Shown here in pieces: positions 57,245 through 64,000 of a stretch of 64,000 bases of DNA (within the stretch, counting starts at the first letter, position 1; every line of letters begins with the position of its first letter). This DNA is from a bacterium (GTDB taxonomy: Bacteria; UBA8248), in assembly GCA_965199855.1 (NCBI GenBank), contig OZ241326.1:704001-768000 (forward strand). Direction: 5' to 3'. The notes beneath the pieces are model-generated. The model was not told where the DNA came from. It did no database searches and worked only from the letters and a program-made list of their open reading frames with translations. A program made the position numbers and the translations under genes.

Positions 57245-58918
57245 GTGAACCCCGACGATCTGACGAGACGATCCATCAAGGAGCTGTCCGCCCTCTTCCG
57301 GGCCGGCGAGGCGAAGCCGAGCGAGGCGCTCGAGGGCTGCGTCGCCAGAATCGAGCGCGACGAGGCCGTCATCAACGCCTTCACGCGGCGCGCCTTCGGA
57401 CTCGCCAGGGAGCAGGCGCGAAAATGCGACGAGGCGCTCGCGCGGGGGGAGAGCCTCGGGCCGCTGCACGGGATTCCCCTGGCGATCAAGGACTTGTTCG
57501 ACCTCGCGGGCTTCCCGACCACGGCGGGCAGCCGGATTCTCGCGGACGGCGAGGCGGCGGAAACGGCGGAGCCGGTACGGCGGCTCATCGAGGCGGGCGC
57601 CGTCATCGTCGGGAAGACGAACCTCCAGGAGTTCGCCCGGGGCCCCACCGGGGCGAACAGCTTCCGGGGCCCCACCCGAAACCCCTGGAGCCTGAACCGC
57701 ACGCCGGGCGGCAGCAGCAGCGGCTCGGCCGCGGCCGTCGCGGCGGGCATGGCCGCCGCCGCCCTGGGCTCCGACACCGGAGGCTCGGTGCGCCTGCCCG
57801 CGGCCTTCTGCAATCTGGCGGGCGTCCGCGCCACCTACGGCCGCGTGAGCAGGGCGGGCGCCGTGCCCCTGGGGCTGAGCTTCGACAGCGCGGGGCCCAT
57901 CGCGCGAACGGTGGAGGACGCCGCCCTCATCCTCCAGGTCATCGCCGGCCCCGACCCCAAGGACCCCGCGACGGGCCGCGCGCCCGTCCCCGATTTTCTC
58001 GAAGGCATCGAGGGCGGCGTGGACGGCGCGACGCTCGGCGTGCCGACGAACCACTTCTGGCCGGGGGAGGACGCCGAGGCGGAGGAAGCCGCGCGCGAGG
58101 CCATCGCCCGCCTCGAGGCTCTGGGGGCCAAGCTCGCGGAGGTGGAGATTCCCTGGGCGCGCCTGGGCCAGGCCGCCTACGCCGCGACCGTAGGGCCCGA
58201 AGCGGCGGAATACCACCGGCGGCTGCTCGAGAATCACCGGGACGACTACGTCTCCCCCGGGGCGGACTTCTTCGAGCACGCCCTCTTCGTTCCGGGCTGG
58301 CGCTACGTGCAGGCGCAAAAGGCGCGGACGCTCTTCATCCGGCAGGCGGCGGAGGCGTTCCGGCGGGTGGACGCCGTGCTGACGCCCACCGCCCCCGTCG
58401 CCCCGCCCACGCTTGCGGACTGCCTCGACGGCATGAAGACGTGGGCGTTGATAAGCGACAACACGGCGCCCTTCAGCGCCATCGGCGCGCCCGCCCTTCA
58501 GGTTCCCTGCGGGTTCACGCGGGCGGGCCTGCCCGTGGGCCTCCAGATCGCCGGAAGGTGGGGGGACGAGGCGCGCCTGTTCCGCATAGGCAGGGCGCTC
58601 GAAGCCGACGGCGAGCTCTGGCGCGCCGGGCCGCCCGAAATCAGCGAGCAGCCGCCCCCGGAGGCGCTCCCCGAAGCGGCCGCGGCGCCGCCCGCCCCGC
58701 GTGACGCGCCGCGGGATGAAGCCGCGCGGCATATTCTCCACGCGGCGGAAAGCATGGGCTACGCCGTGAGGCGCGAGCGGCTCGCCGACCTCGCGCGCGG
58801 GGTCGAAGGCGCTCTGGCGGGGCTTCGCGCGCTTGACGGGCTCGACCTTGCGGGCTGCGAGCGCGCGGAGACGCTGAACCTCCTCGAAATGGACTTCGAC
58901 GCCATTCCGAAGCCCTGA
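57245..58918 (+). CDS. amidase-signature enzyme with a C-terminal GatC/AtzG-like extension
   Basis: LHGIPLAIKD, GKTN, GGSSSGS, GSDTGGSVR, GLPVGLQ; then a Pro/Ala linker and a helical tail. Confidence 0.92.
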   Translation: MNPDDLTRRSIKELSALFRAGEAKPSEALEGCVARIERDEAVINAFTRRAFGLAREQARKCDEALARGESLGPLHGIPLAIKDLFDLAGFPTTAGSRILADGEAAETAEPVRRLIEAGAVIVGKTNLQEFARGPTGANSFRGPTRNPWSLNRTPGGSSSGSAAAVAAGMAAAALGSDTGGSVRLPAAFCNLAGVRATYGRVSRAGAVPLGLSFDSAGPIARTVEDAALILQVIAGPDPKDPATGRAPVPDFLEGIEGGVDGATLGVPTNHFWPGEDAEAEEAAREAIARLEALGAKLAEVEIPWARLGQAAYAATVGPEAAEYHRRLLENHRDDYVSPGADFFEHALFVPGWRYVQAQKARTLFIRQAAEAFRRVDAVLTPTAPVAPPTLADCLDGMKTWALISDNTAPFSAIGAPALQVPCGFTRAGLPVGLQIAGRWGDEARLFRIGRALEADGELWRAGPPEISEQPPPEALPEAAAAPPAPRDAPRDEAARHILHAAESMGYAVRRERLADLARGVEGALAGLRALDGLDLAGCERAETLNLLEMDFDAIPKP

Positions 58919-58927
58919 GGGAGGAGG

Positions 58928-60052
58928 CTAGTCCGGCTTCAGGAGCGCCTTCAGGCACGCCCCCGTTCCCGTGACCTCGATGCCCGCCTGCGCCTGGGAG
59001 AGCGGCAGGCGGTGGGTGAAGATGTCGTCGATGGGCAGGGGCGTTCTCAGCAGCATGTCCATCGCCGGCTCGAACTGCGCCTGGGGATACGCCCACGAGC
59101 CGCAGACGTCCACGTCCTTGTTGCAGACCTGGTGGGGCCTGATTTCCACGCTCCCCGGGTCGCCGTAGTGGCCGACCTCCACCAGCTTCCCGCCCCGGCG
59201 AACGATGTCCAGCCCCTCGGCGAAGGCGGCCGGAACCCCCGCCGCCTCGATCACCACGTCGGGCCCCACCCCGTCCGTCCAGGAGAGGACGCGCTCCTTT
59301 CTCTCCTCCCGCGAGAGTTCGGAGAGATTCACCGTCCGCGTGGCGCCGAATTTTCCGGAGAACGCCAGCCGCTCCTCCGCCATGTCGACCGCGATGATCT
59401 CGCCCGCCCCCATCGTCCTCAGAACGGCCACGACCAGCAGCCCGATGGGGCCGACGCCCAGGACGGCGCACCGCGCCCCGGGGCCGAAGCCCTCCCCCGC
59501 GTAGGGAACCCCCGGGGAGAGGGCGCGCGCGGCCGCCCGCTGCGCCACCGCCAGCGGCTCGCAGAGCGCGGCGCGATCGAGCGGGAGGCCCTCCGGCAGC
59601 TTGAGGACGAAGGAGTCGCCGGGGACGTACACGTATTCCGAGAACGCCCCGAAGAGGTGCGGCGCCTCCGCCGAGGTGCGAAACCCGAACACCGTCCGGT
59701 TCGGACACAGCTGGGGCCGGTGCGGAACGTGGACGCAATGCCAGCACCGCCCGCACGCCTGGCTTCCGGGCGCCACGGTGACGGCGTCGCCCTCCCGGAG
59801 GGGGCCGCCCACGACCTTCATGGCCGCGTTCGCGCCCGCGCCGATCTTCTCGACGACGCCGCTGAACTCGTGCCCCGGAATCACCGGCCACCGGACGTCC
59901 AGCCCGCCCCCGAACATGTGCTTGTCGGAGCCGCACACCCCGACGGCGGCCACCTTCATCATCAGCGCGTCGTCGGCGACCTCGGGCATGGGGTATTCGC
60001 GGAGGGTGATTTCGCCCGGCTCCAGAATCGTGACGGCCCGAACGGCGGACAC
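58928..60052 (-). CDS. zinc-binding (MDR) dehydrogenase
   Basis: GVCGSD, PGHE, C..C..C....C structural zinc site, GVGPIG. Confidence 0.94.
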   Translation of the reverse strand: MSAVRAVTILEPGEITLREYPMPEVADDALMMKVAAVGVCGSDKHMFGGGLDVRWPVIPGHEFSGVVEKIGAGANAAMKVVGGPLREGDAVTVAPGSQACGRCWHCVHVPHRPQLCPNRTVFGFRTSAEAPHLFGAFSEYVYVPGDSFVLKLPEGLPLDRAALCEPLAVAQRAAARALSPGVPYAGEGFGPGARCAVLGVGPIGLLVVAVLRTMGAGEIIAVDMAEERLAFSGKFGATRTVNLSELSREERKERVLSWTDGVGPDVVIEAAGVPAAFAEGLDIVRRGGKLVEVGHYGDPGSVEIRPHQVCNKDVDVCGSWAYPQAQFEPAMDMLLRTPLPIDDIFTHRLPLSQAQAGIEVTGTGACLKALLKPD

Positions 60053-60194
60053 AGGCCCCCCTCCCTCGATGCGGCGGCCCGAAACCCGCGCGGACGCCGC
60101 CGGAAGTTGTGATGAGAGCTACTTTAGCGTATCTGTGATTCCCGCCGCAACGAACGCGGCGCAAGCGAACCCGAAGCGACCGCGGGGAAGCCCC

Positions 60195-61055
60195 ATGCCG
60201 CTCGAGAAGACGCTCGCCATCTTCGGCTGCCCCCTGGGGCACACGCTCTCGCCCGTCATGCACAACGCGGCGGCGCGCGCCCTGGGCCTGCCCTACCGCT
60301 TCATGGCCTACGAGGTGCGCCCGGAGGACTACGAGGAGGCGGTTCGAGGCGCGCGCGCGATGGGCTTCGCCGGCTTCTGCGTCACCATCCCCCACAAGGC
60401 GGCCACCTTCCGGCTGGTGGACGAGGCGAGCGAGGACGCGAGGCTCATGGGCGCGGTGAACGTGGTGACCTTCGAGGAGGGCGGAAGGCTCAGGGGACAC
60501 AACACCGACGGCGCGGGCTGGCTCCGCTCGATGGAGGAGGAGGGCGTCTCGCCCGCGGGGAAGCGCTGCCTCCTGCTGGGCGCGGGGGGCGCCGCGCGCG
60601 CCATCGCCGTCAAGCTCGTCCAGTCGGGCGCCGCCCACGTCGAGATACGAAACCGAACGGCGGAGAAGGCGGCCGCCCTGGCGCGGGAGGTGGAGTCGCG
60701 CTTCCCCGGCGCCCAAGTTCGGGGCGGCGGCCTCGACGCCCTTGAATCCGCCGCGCGGGGGCGGGATATTGTCGTCAACACGACGAGCCTGGGGATGGCG
60801 GGCGACGCGGCCGGGGAGCGGGCGTCGCCCCTGCCCGAGGAGTGGATACCGCCCGGCTGCGTCTGCGCGGACGCGGTCTATCGCCCGCTCGACACCCCGT
60901 TCCTCAAGGCGGCGCGAAGAAGAGGGGCGCGCGCCGTATCGGGGCTGGGCTGGCTCCTGCACCAGGGTGCCGAGGGCTGGAGGCTCTGGACGGGAACCCC
61001 GATGCCGCTCGAACGCGCGCGGGAGAAGATGCTCGAGGCCCTCGGGAGCCGATGA
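60195..61055 (+). CDS. aroE: shikimate dehydrogenase
   Basis: GHTLSP.MHN, VTIPHK, AVN, HNTD, GAGGAAR, NRT, NTTSLGM, D.VY.P. Confidence 0.9.
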   Translation: MPLEKTLAIFGCPLGHTLSPVMHNAAARALGLPYRFMAYEVRPEDYEEAVRGARAMGFAGFCVTIPHKAATFRLVDEASEDARLMGAVNVVTFEEGGRLRGHNTDGAGWLRSMEEEGVSPAGKRCLLLGAGGAARAIAVKLVQSGAAHVEIRNRTAEKAAALAREVESRFPGAQVRGGGLDALESAARGRDIVVNTTSLGMAGDAAGERASPLPEEWIPPGCVCADAVYRPLDTPFLKAARRRGARAVSGLGWLLHQGAEGWRLWTGTPMPLERAREKMLEALGSR

Positions 61056-61091
61056 ATCCATATTTCGGATGAGAGAAGCGGGAGAGACTCC

Positions 61092-62279
61092 ATGACCATG
61101 CCGCTCGCGGGGATTCGCGTCCTCGATCTTTCGAGAATCCTGGCGGGGCCCTTCTGCACGATGACGCTCGGCGACATGGGCGCCGAGGTCATCAAGGTGG
61201 AGAACCCCGAGGGCGGGGACGACACCCGGGGCTGGCCGCCCTTCTACGAGGGGGGCGAGAGCAGCTATTTCCAGTCCGTGAACCGCAGCAAGAAGAGCCT
61301 CACGCTGAACATGAAGGCGGAGGAGGGGAAGGAGATTCTGCGGGACCTCGTCCGGGAATCGGACGTCCTCATCCAGAACTTCCGGCCGGGCGCCATCGAG
61401 CGGCTCGGCTTCGACTGGGCGGCCTGCCGCGCGCTCAACCCCCGGCTCATCTACGCCAGCGTCTCGGGCTACGGCCAGAGCGGCCCCTCGCGGGAGCGGC
61501 CCGCCTACGACATCCTCCTCCAGGGCGAGGGCGGCCTCATGAGCATCACGGGCGGCGAGGAGGGCGGCTTCAAGACGGGCATCGCCATCGCCGACCTCAC
61601 CACCGCCATGTTCGCCGTCCAGGGAATCCTGCTGGCGGTCATCGCCCGCGAGAAGACGGGCGAGGGCCAGTGCGTCGATACGGCGATTCAGGACGGGCAG
61701 GCGGCGCTGATGTCCCACGCGGCGGGCAACTACTTCGCCACCGGCGTCCCGCCCGGCCGGCTGGGCAACCGCCACCCGAGCATCGCCCCCTACCGCGACT
61801 TTCCCTGCGCGGACGGGGAGCTCATCGTGGCGGCGGCGAACGACTCGCTCTGGCGGCGCTTCGCCCGCGCCATCGGGAGGGAGGAGCTGGCCGAGGACTC
61901 CCGGTGGGCGAAGAACGCGGCGCGCGTCGCGGGCCGCGGCGAACTGGAGGCGGAGATCGAAAAAACGATGCGGACGAAAACCCGCGCCGAGTGGGCGGAG
62001 ATCATATCGGCGGCGGGCGTTCCCTGCGGGCCCGTGCGGACGATCGCGGAGCTGTGCGCGGACCCGCAGATTCGCCACCGCGAGATGGTCGTCGAGATGC
62101 CCCACGCGAAAACCGGCGTCCTGAAGGTGATGGGCAACCCCGTGAAGCTCTCCGGCACCCCCGGCGAAATCCGCCTGCCCCCGCCCCTGCTGGGCGAGCA
62201 CACGGAGGAAATCCTCACCGGCCTGCTGGGGAGGACCGGGGCGGAGGTCGGCGCGCTGCGGGAGCGGGGCGTCGTCTAG
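61092..62279 (+). CDS. CaiB/BaiF family III CoA transferase
   Basis: PLAGIRVLDLSR.LAGP, GDDTR, NRSKKS, NFRPG, PLLGEHT. Confidence 0.95.
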   Translation: MTMPLAGIRVLDLSRILAGPFCTMTLGDMGAEVIKVENPEGGDDTRGWPPFYEGGESSYFQSVNRSKKSLTLNMKAEEGKEILRDLVRESDVLIQNFRPGAIERLGFDWAACRALNPRLIYASVSGYGQSGPSRERPAYDILLQGEGGLMSITGGEEGGFKTGIAIADLTTAMFAVQGILLAVIAREKTGEGQCVDTAIQDGQAALMSHAAGNYFATGVPPGRLGNRHPSIAPYRDFPCADGELIVAAANDSLWRRFARAIGREELAEDSRWAKNAARVAGRGELEAEIEKTMRTKTRAEWAEIISAAGVPCGPVRTIAELCADPQIRHREMVVEMPHAKTGVLKVMGNPVKLSGTPGEIRLPPPLLGEHTEEILTGLLGRTGAEVGALRERGVV

Positions 62280-62303
62280 GGCCTCGCGGCGGCGGGGAGC
62301 GCC

Positions 62304-63392
62304 TTGCCAGACGCCGCGCCCGCCGCTAGGATGCGCGGACAGCCGCGGGCCCTCGCCCGCGCGGGTTCCGCCCGAAGACGGAGACGCGCCCTGAGAACGG
62401 TCACGTATTCCTTCAACTTCACCCTGCCCGTCACGAACTGGTGCGTGAACCACTGCGGCTACTGCAGCTTCCGCAGCAGCGCGCCCGTCCTCCTCACGCT
62501 GGAGGAGTGCGAGCGGCGCGCGCGGGAGGCCCGCGCCCGGGGGGTGATCGAGGCCCTCGTCATGACGGGCGAGGGCGTCGACCGGCACAAGGGCCTCAAG
62601 CGCAAGCTCAGGGAATGGGGGTTCGACTCCTACGCCGCCTACGTGGCCCGGGTGTGCCGGATTTGCCTGGAGGTCGGCCTGCTCCCCCACGCCAACATCG
62701 GCACCCTGGAGGCGTGGGAATACGAGATTCTCAAGCCCTGGAACGTCTCGATGGGCATGATGATGGAGACCACGAGCCCCGAAGCCGCGCGCGCAGCCCA
62801 CAGGAGAGCGCCGACGAAGGCGCCCGAAGTCCGGCTCGCCTCCCTCGAGGCGGCGGGGGCGCTCGGCGTCGCGTTCACGACGGGCATCCTCGTCGGCATC
62901 GGGGAGTCGCCCGCCGAGCGCGTCGAGACGCTCGAGGCCATCGCCGGGGTCCACGCCCGCCACGGGCACGTCCAGGAGGTCATCCTCCAGCCCCTGAACC
63001 CCCAGCCCATGACGCCCATGGCGCGCTGGCAGGCGCCGCCCGACGAGGAGATCGCCGCGCTGATCCCCCACGTCCGAAGGCTCATGCCGGGCGTCCGCGT
63101 CCAGGTTCCGCCGAACTTGGTGGACGACCTGGCGGGCCTCATCCTGGCGGGGGCGGACGACATCGGCGGCGTGGCGCCCGAGCCCGATCACATCAACCCG
63201 AACCGCGGCTGGCCCAGGCTCGGCAATCTCGACGAGGCCCTCCACGGGGAGGACATCGCCCTGCGCCTGCGGATGCCGCTCTACGACGAGTTCATCGAGG
63301 CGGGCTGGGCGCCGCCCGAAACCCGGCCCGCGCTCCGCCGGATGCTGGAGGCGCGCGAATCCCTCGAAGCCCTCCCCGCGGAGATCGCGTGA
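62304..63392 (+). CDS. cofG: FO synthase subunit CofG-like radical SAM protein
   Basis: VTYS, TNWCVNHCGYC, LPHAN.G, SMGMMMET, FTTGILVGIGE, HVQEVI.Q, QVPPN, DHINP..WP; start uncertain (62304 or 62331). Confidence 0.87.
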   Translation: MPDAAPAARMRGQPRALARAGSARRRRRALRTVTYSFNFTLPVTNWCVNHCGYCSFRSSAPVLLTLEECERRAREARARGVIEALVMTGEGVDRHKGLKRKLREWGFDSYAAYVARVCRICLEVGLLPHANIGTLEAWEYEILKPWNVSMGMMMETTSPEAARAAHRRAPTKAPEVRLASLEAAGALGVAFTTGILVGIGESPAERVETLEAIAGVHARHGHVQEVILQPLNPQPMTPMARWQAPPDEEIAALIPHVRRLMPGVRVQVPPNLVDDLAGLILAGADDIGGVAPEPDHINPNRGWPRLGNLDEALHGEDIALRLRMPLYDEFIEAGWAPPETRPALRRMLEARESLEALPAEIA

Positions 63393-64000
63393 GCGCGGCG
63401 GCCGCCCGCGAGGTTCTCGACGCCTTCGAGGCGGGCGAGGAGATTTCGCGCGAGGGCGCGGAGGCGCTGCTCGCCGGGCGGGGCCCGGAGTTCGCCGAGC
63501 GCCTCTACGGGGCGGCGGACGCGGAGCGCGCCCGCGCCGTGGGCGAGGAGGCGAGCTACGTCGTCAACGCGAACGTCAACTTCACGAACGTCTGCTACGC
63601 GGACTGCAAATACTGCGGCTTCTGGCGGCGGCCGAACGCACCGGACGCCTACACGCACGACGACGGCGTTCTGCGCGCGAAGTTCGAGCGGGCGCGCGGC
63701 TTCGGGGCGCGCGAAATCTGCATGCAGGGGGGGCTGAACCCGAGCGTCTCCATCGACCGCTACGAGGAGGTGCTCCGGCTCGCGCGCGAGGTCATCCCGG
63801 GCGTCCACATGCACGCCTACTCGCCGGCGGAGATCGACCACATCCAGCGCAAGACGCGGCTTCCTCTGGAGGAAGTCCTCGCGCGGCTGAAGGAGGCGGG
63901 GCTGGGCTCCATCCCCGGAACGGCGGCGGAAATCCTCGTGGAGCGGGTGAAGAGGCTGATCAGCCCGGGGCGGATTCCCGTCCAGCGCTGGTGCGAGATC
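63389..64000 (+). CDS. cofH: FO synthase subunit CofH-like radical SAM protein (runs off the window end)
   Basis: Manual translation from GTG 63389: YVVNANVNFTNVCYADCKYCGF, EICMQGG, HAYSPAEI, GSIPGTAAEIL; coupled to cofG. Confidence 0.82.
   Translation, partial: MSAAAAREVLDAFEAGEEISREGAEALLAGRGPEFAERLYGAADAERARAVGEEASYVVNANVNFTNVCYADCKYCGFWRRPNAPDAYTHDDGVLRAKFERARGFGAREICMQGGLNPSVSIDRYEEVLRLAREVIPGVHMHAYSPAEIDHIQRKTRLPLEEVLARLKEAGLGSIPGTAAEILVERVKRLISPGRIPVQRWCEI

Noticed and set aside
58641-63245. 1534-aa minus-strand ORF
   Set aside because: Antisense or off-frame shadow of well-supported genes in very GC-rich DNA; Arg/Gly/Ala-rich with no motifs. The same applies to 7648-10263, 50545-52581 and most other overlapping ORFs.
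1-64000. In-frame UGA selenoprotein genes
   Set aside because: Looked for because of tRNA-Sec, but I saw no gene with homology continuing past a UGA; this was a by-eye check only.

Overview
A 64 kb window from a very GC-rich bacterial chromosome, with most of the window taken up by metabolic genes: catabolic enzymes, three ABC import loci, glycogen genes malQ/glgX/glgB, aroE, and the F420-precursor genes cofG/cofH. It also carries a tRNA-Sec. There are two more AT-rich defence islets: a Zorya type II-like zorA-zorB-HNH operon (4.6-7.6 kb) and an AbiJ-NTD4-like gene next to an orphan N6-adenine methyltransferase (53.4-55.0 kb). The best candidate for an undescribed system is a six-gene signalling locus (8.5-15.7 kb). 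There, an NCS2/UraA-fold permease with a divergent substrate motif carries a C-terminal, apparently inactive RsbW-like domain. It is encoded with a REC-PP2C phosphatase, an RsbW-like kinase, an orphan solute-binding protein, a TorS-like histidine kinase and a free STAS protein, but no sigma factor. Non-coding features include a dispersed 300-420 bp repeat in three copies, one with a perfect parS palindrome; mosaics of GTAG/GCAG-type REP-like hairpins on both sides of a TauD gene; a probable GntR operator; and several deletion-scarred gene remnants. All family calls come from recognising motifs by eye; no database searches were run.
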